DNA of 58,851 bases, counting the filler, from Bipalium vagum (taxonomy: Eukaryota), in assembly GCA_037834085.1 (NCBI GenBank). It is 3 parts of 3 records of this genome, joined end to end, with 100 filler letters (N's around TTAATTAATTAA, not from the genome) between each part and the next. Parts side by side here need not be neighbours in the genome. Positions count along the whole stretch, not along the records: positions 19,953 to 38,472 come from JBBMKC010026662.1; 2 more parts are not named here. The stretch is one strand, 5' to 3'. Shown one piece after another: positions 24,104-36,760 of the stretch; within the stretch, counting starts at the first letter, position 1, and each line of letters starts with the position of its first letter. The notes below the pieces were generated by a model. It ran no database searches. It was not told the DNA's origin and saw nothing but the letters and a program-made list of their open reading frames with translations. A program made the translations under genes and the position numbers.

Positions 24104-26199
24104 CGTAATAGAATTGTCATAAAATGAAAAAAAGCCATTTATCCTTGTTCTTGTCGAAGAAGACATAATTTATAATTTAACTTTTTTTGCTGTCATCTGA
24201 TATTCAAAGGATGTTTATGGTTTCCATTATGAAAACAAAGTTAGATAAAGAACGTAAGTCTTTACTAAGGAGAAAATCTAATTGTTATTCTGCTTGAAAA
24301 ATAAAGCTTTAACGTATTGGTGTGTGGAAACCATGAAGGCTTTCAGGTTCATCTTTGCTTGTCTCCAAAACTATGAATTTCCGTCCTAAAGTTTTCGCTA
24401 CGAAACTTCAGGGATTCATGTAGGAATATTATTTTATATATCATTCGATTATGAAAATTTTCAGTTGAAAAATTACTTTAATAAATTGTGTCTCTAAGAA
24501 ATATGATATTATTTTGCTTTTTGAGTAAACATGATTGAAATCGGCCTAGGATATCTCAATACATTGTAAGAGTTACCATAATAATAATAATGATAGTAAA
24601 TAATTTCGTTCACAATTAAAAGTTCTGTATTTCGAATTTCCCACATCAATAATATTTTTAATTTTTCTTCAGATATTTCTATCATTTTTATAGAAAATAA
24701 TTAACATTTTATTTTTGATTTTGTGTAAATACATATATAGAATGACAGAGAATGTAATTACCTTTAATTTGATATATGGTTTGTTTAAATCGGCTTAGTT
24801 GATCAAAAGTTATAAAGGCTGGAATATTTTGAAGGTTATAGAGCCTTTTAACGTAATTATTATTATAAAAAAATTAAAATCTATCGAAAAATTTTAAAAA
24901 CTTTGAAAATTTAAAATTGTGTATTTAACGATGTGATTTAAAAAATTGAAATATATCAATATATTTTATACTTCAATAAAATTGTGCTTATAAACCTTTG
25001 TGCTTGTAAACGATGTGCAATGAAACGAATTGAAAATCTTTGTCAAAATGGGAAAATCATACGTGTAATTTTTGGATTATAAGCTATATGTGCTGATATT
25101 GAGAGGGCTTTTAAACGAGGCCTAAAAATTTAATACTTACAAAAGTTTAGAAACGTCGGAAATACTGAACTAAAAATAAAATTACAGGCTTTTTTATGGA
25201 GAAGAATAATAATTTACTATTATAATATTTTAGAAGCTAGTTTTCTCACTTTCATAAAATCCTGCTGGAATCTTTTCTCCTTTTAAAACTATTATTCTAA
25301 ACACAATTGGACATTTAAAAAAAATTTAATTTATAATATTATGTATGTAATTAAGTAATCGGAATCTGACAAAAACATTCTCAGTTTTAAAATGCTTGGT
25401 AGTACATGAAAAATATATATGTTTTCTTGGAAATATCAATATATATCTATCAAATTTAAATGTGAGAATAAATTGTTTAAATAATCCTTTTTAGTTAATC
25501 TACGATACATTGCTTTGTCAAAAACAGTGTTTTAGATGATTTCATCGCTTAAAAATGATGATTTTAACATCAAGGAAGATAATGGAAAGTTTGATGATGA
25601 AGAATTGAGAGAATTTGTTCAGCCAAGATTCATGTCAAGCCCAAGACAAAATGTACATATATAATTGGGAGTCGATCATTTTAACGTGGCCAAAAGTATT
25701 GGATTTGTATAACAAATATTTGCTCTGTCCACTTTATGAGTAACCCGTTTCAAATTAATTTTTATATTTTAAAATTCTTACATAATCTTTAATGTGATGC
25801 TTTGGTTTAGAGGTTAAATTGTAAAAAATTTTCATTTTTTCAGTTTTCATTTTTTCAGTTTTCATTTTTTTAGACGTTTTAGAAGCTTCATGAAGAGAAA
25901 TTTGATTATTCAATGCATTTTATCAGTCGAGACCGAAAAACCACTATTTGCTCAATTATTATAAAAATTATTTAAATTTGGTAAAAAGTTTATTCAATTT
26001 CTGTTTCCTTGTTCTGTATTTTTTAAACATGATATTCTTCAAAATTATTCTTTCTATATCTTTATTTGGCAACAGCTTTTCTTTCATTTTCAGTTATTAA
26101 AATTACTGTCATCACAAAATTTGTCTAACGTTTTACTAAGTACCTTTATTAACCAAATGTTTAAAAGTTTTCTTTGGAAGTCTGCAAATATTTCGTCAA

Positions 26200-26380
26200 A
26201 GGCATGTGTTATAACATTTTTCGTAATAATCTTGTGCAGAAAATTCTTCTTCTTAAATCTGGATAAGAGGGATAGTGCAGTGTCATATCGCATATACGTC
26301 TCAGGACAAATATTATGAGACATCTCCTAGATGAATAGATATCAAGAGAGCCTCGGAGACGAAGACGAAATATGAAATAT
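26200..26380 (-). mobile_element. mariner transposase fragment
   Basis: VSHNICPETYMRYDTALSLLSRFKKKNFLHKIIT, comparable to the WVPHEL...SLL.R....FL..IVT region of mariner. Confidence 0.55.
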
Positions 26381-26559
26381 TTCTAAGAGTTAATGATTTA
26401 TACAAAAGATTTACTTTTGCAACTTTTTTAAAATGAAACCCAAAAATCTATAACAGGAACTATAACAAATACTATAATGTAGAAAGATTTTCAATGTGAT
26501 CCAAGCTGGGACGTTAGAAAAAAAATTGTGATGAAGTCTTTAAGTACCCCACATGTCAT

Positions 26560-26800
26560 TCAACTGATTATTTTCTAATTGCAGTAAAAATATTCCTATA
26601 ACATAAAGCGACGTTTTTTCCCATTTACTGTAATCTTTTTTCTAGCTTTATTAAAGACGTAAGAATCAATAACGCATCAAGCATGAAAACTGCACCAGAA
26701 GGTAAATTTTTGTGGATATAATAAAATCTGTTGCATCACCATAGGCTGGGAGTTGTGAGCAACATTTGCAGACCTAAGCACATTGAGACTATTTGAGGTT
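26560..26800 (-). mobile_element. Tc1/Tc3-like transposase fragment
   Basis: LLYPQKFTFWCSFHA*CVIDSYVF...ITVNG..RFML, comparable to HPQKVTVWCG...IGPYFF...VTVNG.RY..ML. Confidence 0.55.
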
Positions 26801-27752
26801 TTATATTCAAAAGGGCCTAACCTAAACTCTCCTTAACGCTGTAAAAAAAGGCAGGTCACAATATCAAATGATAAAGTGAATGATATAATGAAACCTTTCA
26901 ATTTCTTAACCTGGCATTTTTGTTTATGAATATTACTATGAAATACCCACTTCCTGTGCGTAGAAGACGTAATACTTATGGAGAACTTCACTTTTATGCC
27001 ACATATCAGATCAGTTGGATTACCCAGACTACTTGAAAGTAAGATATTATCATTTCTGTTAAAAAGCAATATATATAAGTTATTTTTATAATTTAATAAT
27101 GAATAAGCCATTATTATTATTTCTTGAATCACTGGGGTTTCGTTGTGAAAATTATATGACGGGAGTGCATTGCTTTTGTGACAAACGTAGATGGACCTGA
27201 AAGCTATCGTTGTTTTCACATACAAAGACGTTAAATCTTTATTTCCAAAGCAAAATAAAAATTAATTTTCTCTTTACAAAACTTCCGCTTCTTCATAAAA
27301 CTTTCTTTCACAATGGAAATCACAACCTCCTTTACAAACTGGAAAACAACTAAAACTTATAAATTCTTCTCCAGACCTTAGATGTACGACTTCAGCAATA
27401 TCAGAGAAACCAAAAGATATGAATGAAACCAATAGAATAGAATAGAATCCTCTATTCTTCTCGAAAGTGCAATCAATTATTTTACTGTCATTATTATGTT
27501 GAATATTAAAATTCACATTTGTATTATGAAAGAAAATTCTTACTTTTAAATAAAATCAATAAACATTTCCATCAATTATCGTTGAACGACTCCCGTTTTT
27601 GTAAAAGGAGCAATGAGGTAACCAGGGGTGAGTGGAATCTATGATAGCAGCCAAAGCCCATCAGAAGCACACCGTGATAGTACGGTGACATGACCCTTAA
27701 AGTTTAACTTTTCAGACGTTCCATGTGCTTCAATTGTGTTTCTGTATTTCCT

Positions 27753-27962
27753 AAGGTGTTTCATAAGTAACTGACATTTTTTAAATGAATAATTTATTAT
27801 TAAATTTTTCATTCTTGGAATCATATATATTCATCATATCATAAAATATCAGCATGAAAAATTACACAATAAAAGAACGTGTGAGAAAAATCTGTCTTAG
27901 TTTTCATTTTTATAAAAAGATATTTTAAAAATGATATAGTCAGTTACTTATGAAACACCCTG
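27753..27962. mobile_element. Tc1/mariner-type MITE (~210 bp)
   Basis: Terminal inverted repeats AGGTGTTTCATAAGTAACTGAC ... GTCAGTTACTTATGAAACACCCTG followed by TA. Confidence 0.8.
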
Positions 27963-28068
27963 TATCTTAAAATCAGGAAAGAACAATTTTAGTAAGAGAT
28001 TTCTAATCTCTGGTCTTCCAGTGTTTGAAAAACAATATTCAGTTGTAGCTGACCAATAGCAACGGAAC

Positions 28069-28560
28069 ATGGTAGTTCATTCACAAATGATAAATGACGT
28101 TATTTCATTTTATGACAATTCTATTACGATACTCTGGACGTTAATTTTCCTTTCTGTGACCAATGTTGAAGCAAACAAGACCTTCAAGGCCATTTATTCC
28201 TGTGTTCTCAAACCTTTTCTCAATCTGACTCAGCGTTCTGCAATTGAGTGCGCCCTGAAATGCGACTTGATCGATTGCAAAGCTTTCAAATTTGATGTAA
28301 AAGTGTCTTAGTGCTCGTTTTATCCATCATATTAGATTGATCACCACAGCCTTTCTTGTATCAGTGAGAAGGTTTACATAAAAGATTCTACAAGAAACCA
28401 TCATACATCCACCAAACTTGTAAGAAAAATTAAATCTTGATAAGTTGCTCTTTCAACATCTTTCTTTCAGTCTCTTCCTGACCCGGTTGACATACGCTGT
28501 AAATTAACAAAAAATATGAAAATTTAAAATTCCTTTTATAAATCAACAGCTTATAAGGTT
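28069..28560 (+). pseudogene. Secreted PAN/apple-domain protein pseudogene, copy B
   Basis: ILWTLIFLSVTNVEANKTFKAIYSCVLKPFLNLTQRSAIECALKCDLIDCKAFKFDVKVS*CSFYPSY*IDHHSLSCISEKVYIK, then a gtaaga...tttcag intron. It aligns co-linearly with the reverse complement of 23690-24130. Confidence 0.6.
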
Positions 28561-28689
28561 GCAGATTATCTGAAAGCAGTTGTGATTTTCAAGCGTAGGA
28601 ACAAGGAAAAGTTCCTCATTTTAGACACTAACGAAAGAAATAGGATGGTAGCAGTTTCGATAGATGAGCCATATCCAAGACATTGTCGA

Positions 28690-28960
28690 TAAAAATAGAA
28701 ATAATCCATAGAATAAAGTTTTCCTTGTGCTTCCATTTTGCCTTTTTATTTAATTGTGAAAATCGAAAGAAATTTTGACACAGCCCAATAAAATAGTGAT
28801 GGTGTTAAAATTAAAAGAATTTTTTGAACCTCATAAGGAAACATTAAGTGCCAAGGTTTGATAAAATTTGTTTGAAGGTACTGGTCAAGTGACAACAAGG
28901 TTTTACTTTTTATCTGGTTTAAGGATCGCATTTAATTAAACACTGCAAATGAACAAAAGT
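28690..28960 (-). mobile_element. hAT C-terminal dimerisation-domain fragment
   Basis: LDQYLQTNFIKPWHLMFPYEVQKILLILTPS, comparable to ELD.YL...W...FP.L...A...L.IP.SS; degenerate. Confidence 0.4.
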
Positions 28961-28989
28961 TTTTAACGTTTTAAAATCTAAATATAGGT

Positions 28990-31020
28990 TGACGTTTGAT
29001 ATTACTGCACGTCTTCATACTTAATGTCAAGACGGAGCAAGTAAACAAAATCCACGTTTGGAATCGCGAACTATTTGGCTTCTTCATACTCATCATGAAG
29101 GCGATTGCTTTATGGTCCGTTCTCAGTCTGAACCTCCTTCCGTAAAAGTAATGTTGAAAGTGATTGCAAAAATGGACAGCAATTCCTTTCGAGTAATACA
29201 GTAGCCAATTTTATAGCTGCTCATGGCGTGAGAGCCATATGCTATCACTCGTTCCATTCCATTTTCGTCCACTTAAGACAGACCTACTCCTATTGAATCA
29301 ACTTTGAAGTGTCTGTCTTTACCTCCTTCCTACTCACCACATGACCGAAGAACTTTATTTCCTCTATCAGCAAGTGACACTTTTCTGGATTTATCCTTAG
29401 CCCTACTTCGTTTAGAACATAATAATGCTAAGTTTCAGTCTCCGCACATATATCGTCCAGATAGACCACTGCTCATGTTAAAAAACCGACGACCTTCGTC
29501 ATTTTCTCCTGAAAAGTGCTTGGAGCTGCAGCTATTTTAAAGCGCATTTTCTTAAAACATTACTGTTTTTCCTTGGTTGAAAAAGCCGTCTTGATCTTTG
29601 ATGCTTTCTCTAATTTCACTTGATAATAGGCATTACCTATTTCAATGGAACTGAAATACTTTGCCTCCTCCCCATAAAGCGTCCATCATATCATCTACAT
29701 TTGTCATCGAAAATGACTACCTTTCCGTCACTACATTTAACTGCCGAAAATCCAAATATATCTTTCTTCTCCTTCTTCCATACGCAAATCCACGGTGTGT
29801 TTCAAAGTGAATTGCAATTTTTAATAACTCCATTGTCATATAGGTTCTTGAATGTTTCCTGTATTTTCTCCTCCATGTTCATCGGCTGTCTAAAAGGCTT
29901 AAGATTAATCAGTTTGCCTGTTGTTCGTATATTTTGTTTCCCTAGGTGAGTCCAGCGTACATCTATTTTGATGGCCATAAAAACATCTCGTTCTCTTTTA
30001 TTATATTATTTGTCACTTCTGTTAGCTCTACTGCTCTCTTAAAACGCTTCCCTTCCTTAACTTCATTATCAAACTTCATATTATTCGCTTAATGTGTTAT
30101 GGCTTCTCACTACACTTTCACGTTTTTAAACTTATTCAAAATGTTCCTACTCATCACACTGACTCCAGCTCCCGTATCTAATAAGAATTCGAATTTTTGT
30201 TCTTGAATCTCTACCGTTATACTTGGTCTCCCGTTCATCACTTTGTCTGTTATAAGAAAATCTCCTCTTTCAATCAAAGCTTCCACATCCTCATCATTCT
30301 CCACATCACTTAAGACTTTTTTCGTGAATTTGCACACTTTTGCTTACTGTCCTTCATTACACCGGGCGCCCATTTGGAGATCATCGCTGACTACGTCTTA
30401 CATAAGACTCCCAATAACTCCCTAACTAATGAACCCTATCTTTTGGGTACTGGTTTTGCAGTTCTTTGTATTCAATCTGTCTATTGCCGCCTACTTTCTC
30501 TTCTAATACAGTTAAATTATTCCTTCTATAAACATTTTCTGTTGAAAACACCAACCATCGTGAAGGTTTGTATAACATTTCCTTTCACTATACCCGTTTC
30601 TGTTGCACCCTCTACACTTTATTTTTGAAAACGTTCTCCTAATATGATCCACTCTCTGAGATCCGAATTTTTTGAAATTTCTTTTTTTGGAAAATCCTTG
30701 CTAATGTGAACCTGACTAGAACAGGTCTATCGTGCTATTTGTCTTCCTGCCGTACAGTTACGAACTAAAAGACCCTCCTTTTTACATCCATAACATTTAA
30801 TATTTTCTCTTGCAATTTGTCTTCCTTTAAATGAGGGCATGCTGATGTCATCATTTTCTGTTACTTTCCTTGTAACATCTCTGTTACTCCTTACTGCATT
30901 CACCGATTTTTTCTTTTCTTTTTCTTTGATGTCGGTCATCAATCTCATCAAATCTTTAATTTCGCTTCCATTCTCCAGCCTTCGCATTCTGACTTCTTGT
31001 GCGATCTCTTCATCTTCAAT
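28990..31020 (-). mobile_element. Degenerate Ty3/gypsy retrotransposon (gag zinc knuckle, protease, RT/RNase H fragments)
   Basis: CYGCKKEGLLVRNC knuckle (30727-30987); GRPSITVEIQEQKFEFLLDTGAGVSV (30110-30337); RNase H segments ERVIAYGSH...YCITRKELL and HFQHYFYGRRFRLRTDHKAI (~29050-29300). Confidence 0.85.
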
Positions 31021-31024
31021 GCAT

Positions 31025-31770
31025 TTTACCCAGAACAGTGCTTCAGTACTGTTCTTAAGGAATTGGTTTCGGAATTGCTATCACCTATGGCGAAATACTC
31101 ACTCATCAATAGTGAACCGTCTCTAACATTGAGAAGTGAGGCTGCCTGTCAGACGGAAATATCTTGGCCTTCTTTCACTTGTGACCAAGGTGTACAAACG
31201 GAGGATTTTATCCCCTCCACTGGGCTCTTCACGAGCAAACTAGGCCCTGCGCTCTCGTTGAAGAAAGGTATACCCAGCCATCTCACAACAACACACTCCG
31301 GAGATTTGGACCTCTGTTCAGCCTTTTCCAGAGCTCTGCGGCGATCTCTCAATCGTCACCTCCTCCCTTCAGTACATCGACTCCCTTTGCTTCCGAATTA
31401 ATTTATTCACCTCTGGAGGGCGCCCTTTCATACCTGCCATCTCCCACCGTTCCACAGACAGCTCTGATATTTCTTTGTCCCCTCGAGTGATCTCAATCAT
31501 CTCGAACCAGAATTTCCCCCGGAAATTCTGGAAGTTGATGTGGATGGTCTTGAATCGGATTTCCTTTCTGCGAACCGGGCAATTGATCTTGGTTTCATTA
31601 TCTTTTTTGGTGGCACAAATCAAGAAATGCCGGTCATTACGGTGGCCCTCTCTGTCGATCTACTTAAGTGTGCGCACTGCACAAAAACATACGCCACAAA
31701 GTATGGGAAAAGTATTAATCACGACAAGCACCTTAAGCAGGTCTATAAGATTGAGTTGGGCAGCTAGCAG
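31025..31770 (+). mobile_element. GC-rich fragment, probably the N-terminal zinc-finger region of an R2/NeSL-group non-LTR element, abutting the gypsy gag
   Basis: Abrupt GC rise; Ser/Pro-rich ORFs ending in LKCAHCTKTYATKYGKSINHDKHLKQVY (C2H2-like). Confidence 0.45.
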
Positions 31771-32134
31771 ATGTACAAGTATATTTATTTGATCTACCGG
31801 AGAAACAAAAAAACAGATAATTTAATAGCAATGATGAAAGATAATGATGAAGATTATAATTTCAATAAAATGGAGAAATATTTACATTTAATAACATTTG
31901 TGAATAGAAATGGCAAAGTTAAACATGTTGAAACAATTAAAAAAACGATGCCATAAGTTAAGAACCGATACACAGATTAGAATGGTTATAGAAATTATTT
32001 ACTAAAACATATGCTTGTATTTCACCAGTTTATAACTTTAAGAAAAAATTTGTCTCCCAAAAAAGCTGTTCATAATAACGCTGATCATTTAATTTTAAAA
32101 TAGTTTAAAAAGTTAAAAAAAAGAAGAGGTATCG

Positions 32135-32850
32135 CTAATGATTATTGTAAAAAATGAAAGTTAAATTTGATCGAGAATCTGATTGAGATATTTTTTTTAT
32201 TTTAATTGTACAAAGGTCGTTTCTTTCATTGTTTTCTTCTTGTATGGTCTTCTTCCACTGCAGCTTTAAACAAAATTTTATCAAAAGATCAATACCTCCA
32301 ATCACATCTGCAACTATAAAACGAATTTTCTCTATTTTCTCATCTACCTGTACAGTCATAATGCTGATCTCTAAGATTACCTGTTTTCTTTAATTTGATG
32401 TCTGTGAATGATTCATAATCTCTCCAGCTCAAGACATTTACTGTCGCTCCCATATCCAAAAACATTCATATTTATTGCTATTAAATTTTATGGACATTCC
32501 TAGTCTTCCATCTGTTTTGTCAAATGTTATCTCTCATCTCCCTGTAACTCTAACTGCACTAATATTCTTTGTTGTTCGTCCTTCTTGCCATGATTCTTTA
32601 AGAAATTTTAAAACTTTGTCTTGCAACTTCTGATACCCACTAACTATGGTTTGAAAATGGTCCTCAGACGTAAACACAAAGCTCAAACCATCTCCCCATC
32701 AGGTGGAGACCGAACGTTTGGGTCTTTTTCAATATCTCTACACTTTCTCATGTTTCTCCTGTTATGGTCTGAAACCTGGTGTTCTCAAACTTCTCAGAAG
32801 CTGTTGACAAATTTTTCATTTCTGCTCATTCTATAACCTCTTTCTCTTCG
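32135..32850 (-). mobile_element. Degenerate gypsy gag/protease fragment
   Basis: GRLGMSIKF...FLDMGATVNVLS...IRFIVADVIGGIDLL; same family as the proteases at 19508 and 30110. Confidence 0.65.
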
Positions 32851-33849
32851 AGCATATTCAAAATTTCTTCCTCATTCTATACCACTGTATGCTGAAGTAT
32901 GACAAAAGCTCTAACGTTTGAAACATTTTGTTTTTTGACAATTTTTTCGAATGTGACATACGATACAGTATAGGAAAGATTTTTATTCTTCTCAGTGAAA
33001 ATTTTGGATCTATTACGGGTGACAAGCACGTTATGTAACCAATTAAGTTTGACAAAATTTAATTATCAGAAACTTATATATTTTAACCTCTATAATATTT
33101 GATTATGAATATGATTGATAAGTTAAGAAAGATATTTCATTCTTCTCAAACTAATTATTAAATGAAGAAGACTAAACTACTATTTGGCTGTGTATTATTT
33201 CTGTAACCATTTCACTCATTATTTATACGGGAAAGAAAACAACGTTGGACAAGTTCATCATTTAAAATAGTTTAAATAAATAAATAAAAAATCCCCAGGT
33301 CTGATTAGCCTCCTCATATTCTGTATTTTCAAAAATCAACTATTTAAACAAATACTATAAATTATTTTCTTACTCCTGTGATTGTAATTCTTAATTATGT
33401 AAACAAAACAAAAATGAATATATTGGGTAGATAATGATAATAATTATTATTTTGATTTTTATGGTTTACCTACTTTAAAAGAATTTGACGCTTTTCTTTA
33501 GATGTGCAAAAGAGTGACCATGATTACATTACCAATGTGGATTAAGGTGGACAGTTAACTTAACGTTTAAATTTCTTTATGTAATAATAAAAATATACAT
33601 AAAGTTTAAGTAAATTAGACATTAATCCATTATTTGTGTCTGTTTCTAATTGTTTGATTTCAAAATATTCTTTCTACAGTTAATTATGGAAGTGTGGTAT
33701 GATACCTTAGTAATATATAATGGACGTATCTTTGTTATTATTTTTCATTTTCGTAATATTTTAGTCTTCTCTTATAGTTGTTTCTTTTTATTATGTTTTA
33801 TTGTACCCCTATAATGAGTTTTTTTTAGAAATATATGTTTCATTACATT

Positions 33850-34680
33850 TAGAAGACGTTTAACGTAAAATACGATGAAATATTCTTTGGTAACTGCTCT
33901 TGAGAACCCTCAGATAAAAGGTCGATTTTCCGTCCTACTTCACATGAAGCAGTAGTAATGGGAAACGTAGAGTTAAACCAACATTCAAGTCCAAATTTGA
34001 AATACCAAATGTTGAATACTGAATGCCGAATATCGAATAGATCCAAATTGGTATTGGTGTTTTCCAATTTCATAAAATAAAAGAAAAAAATCCAAAAATG
34101 GAATAAAATCTGATAAACCGTTATCAAAATACCAAAAAGGAATTCACAGAAGTTGGATATTGTGAAAATATTTTTTTTGACTCTTATGGTTTTAACATCC
34201 ACTTGATATATTAAAAGAGTATGTGAAAGACATTAATAATGAAATTTTCAATCTCAAACAGGTCTAATATTTTTACGTTATAGTATAATGATAGAACAAG
34301 GTTCACCTTGAAAGTCTTAGTTTGATTTTAATTCTGAAGACAAATATTCAAGTAAATGTCGAGAAAATAGTAATTTTATTAAATTTTAATTTTAATCAAA
34401 ACATATATAAATAAAAAATTATTTGAAATAATTAAAAAATCAGTCCATGTGGATCCTCTTTTGATTAGGAACGTCTTTGAAACTCCAGCTGAAACAGCTG
34501 CAACCCTTTACGTTATTATTATAACTAACGCTTTAACAATGAGTGAAATCGAACCATCACTAGTTGACTATAAGAATTTCAAAACAGTAAAAGGGTGAAG
34601 ACTACGAGGTGGTGCTATGCTTTTAAAACCAACTTTCTCTAAATTTTTTGTTGAGCATATTTTCTTCTTCTTTCATTATT
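33850..34680 (-). mobile_element. Degenerate hAT (ZMYM1/TTF-zinc-finger type) element
   Basis: FPITTASCE (hAT dimerisation motif) near 33950; KKFRESWF...FYCF (TTF-zinc-finger-like) near 34560-34660. Confidence 0.5.
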
Positions 34681-36021
34681 TATGATAATAATTATAAAAA
34701 AATAAAATAAAATAAAATATTAATAATAAAATATTATACATCACAATGAAAAAGGAATAAATGACATCCTGTCTTTTCTACGGAAATGGGCTTATTCACA
34801 GAGAATTAAGAAAATGTTTCCACATCCGCTAAAATTTCCGGTTATGAATTTCCTTTTGCATCAAAACAATGAAGATAAAATATAATTTCCGTTATCATTA
34901 ACATTTAATTTTTATATTTATATGAAATATAATCATCATGAAATATATGACCTGTGATAATAATAACATTAGAAAACGTAATCAGAACCCCTATCCAACG
35001 GAAGGCAGTTAAACCTCTTATATCAGAGAGATATCACTGGCATTCATCATTCTTTCATTGCATTTATGAACAAAGGATGAAAATATAAAAAGTAATTGGT
35101 AGAAATAATTATTGACACATAAATGAAAATAATATGTTATTAAACAATAAAAAAATAAGGAAATTAAAATTGATTCTTAGAGGATAAAAAATACGATCAA
35201 TCAGGAAAGCAATAACTTGTATTTATATGACACACAAATAACAACAATATTAATCAATATAAAAATCACAAAATAACAATGTTCAAATTGTCTCAAATGT
35301 CATAATAAAAAAGAATCAGTTAATTAAAACAAAGTGTTAATCAAAACAATAATTCATAAAAAACAATGAATTAAAACACACTAGCAATACGTAAACCAAT
35401 AAAAGGAATTATAATAAGTAAAGAAGAACAAAAAAGAACATTGTTTTTCTGTTTAAATTTCAGATGTTTGTTATTGATGATTATTTCATCTTGTTCAATT
35501 TCTTCATCAATTAATATTTTATTTCGATTTAATAATAATTTGGAAAACAAAAACTTAATCGAATCAATTTAATTATTTTTGTAAATAATAATTTTGATAA
35601 AATATTATTAAAAACTGTTAAAAGTGAGAAATAGTAAAAAGGAAATTACAAATAGTAAATTTTTATTTTTAAAACATATAAATACCATTTCAATGTAAAG
35701 TGAAATAAAAAATATTACTGAAAATAAAAATTAAGTAATTTTTTTGGAAAAACAGTAAATTTCCATTCTGAATTGAGATTTGCTTAATCAGACCAAGGGA
35801 AATTTTAATTTTAAAACCTTATATTTATATATATATTTTTTTCTATTTTTTTATATAATATGATATCATCATAAATGCAAATACGACATAAAAATATTAA
35901 TTGTTTAAAATTTAAATATAAAAACAGATTACATTTCGTATTGGTGATTTATTTGGTTTTGTTTAAAATCACTGAATTAATCAATTTGTTATTAACACAT
36001 TTGAACACTTTACTCAAATAT

Positions 36022-36760
36022 ACAGCGGGGCGCAAGAGTAAGTTAATGATTTTAGAAAAATTTTAGGCTGCACTATAGTATATCCCCCGTTTTATTTTTG
36101 AAAATTTTTAAAACTAGGGGATAGATTTGGGGATGCACATTAATAAGATGTTCATAAAAGTACCAGAAAATCAATTTTTAAAAAATTATACACAAAATAA
36201 AATTACCTAGAAAATTTAAAATTTAAATATTTTCCTACAAATATGATATAATGAAATATTATATAAACACATTTTTAAAAAGCTAAATGTAATTTAATTA
36301 ACTTAGTTATAATTTTTATGAGTTAAATTTTTAAATTAAGTTAGATTTTTTAATTAAAATTATATAAGTTATATTTTATAATTTGTTATTAAGTTTTTAT
36401 AACGTTTTAAGTATGTTTAATTATGTTTAACTGATATATATATATGCATTAAACTAGAGATTTTTAATAAATGGTTAATTGCAGGAAACTCGACACTCAA
36501 CTGACCTTCTCGTTCACCCAATTTTTTAGTGCAAATTATGTTCTTTGGGGATATCTGAAGGAGAAAGTTTATGTTAATATTCCAAGGTCCATCTAACAAT
36601 AAAAAAACAATAATCTTGAAATTAATGCTATAAATCCAAATTTTTTAGATGATGTCATTAAGAATTTTTGAAAAAGGACACACTTTGTGATACACAAAAT
36701 TGTGATTATTTAAATCAAAATTTAAAAAAATAGCTAGAGAAATCTTCATGACTTATTGTC
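36022..36760 (+). mobile_element. Degenerate Tc1/Tc3-like element
   Basis: TA-CAGCGGGGCGCAAG end at ~36021; *PSRSPN...FLWGYLKEKVY...LDDVIKNF*KR..., comparable to the WP.RSPDL.P.DFFLWGYLK motif. Confidence 0.65.

Noticed and set aside
26830-27600. Possible Polinton/Maverick or viral polymerase remnant
   Set aside because: No motif could be confidently read in any frame; needs TBLASTX/HMM.
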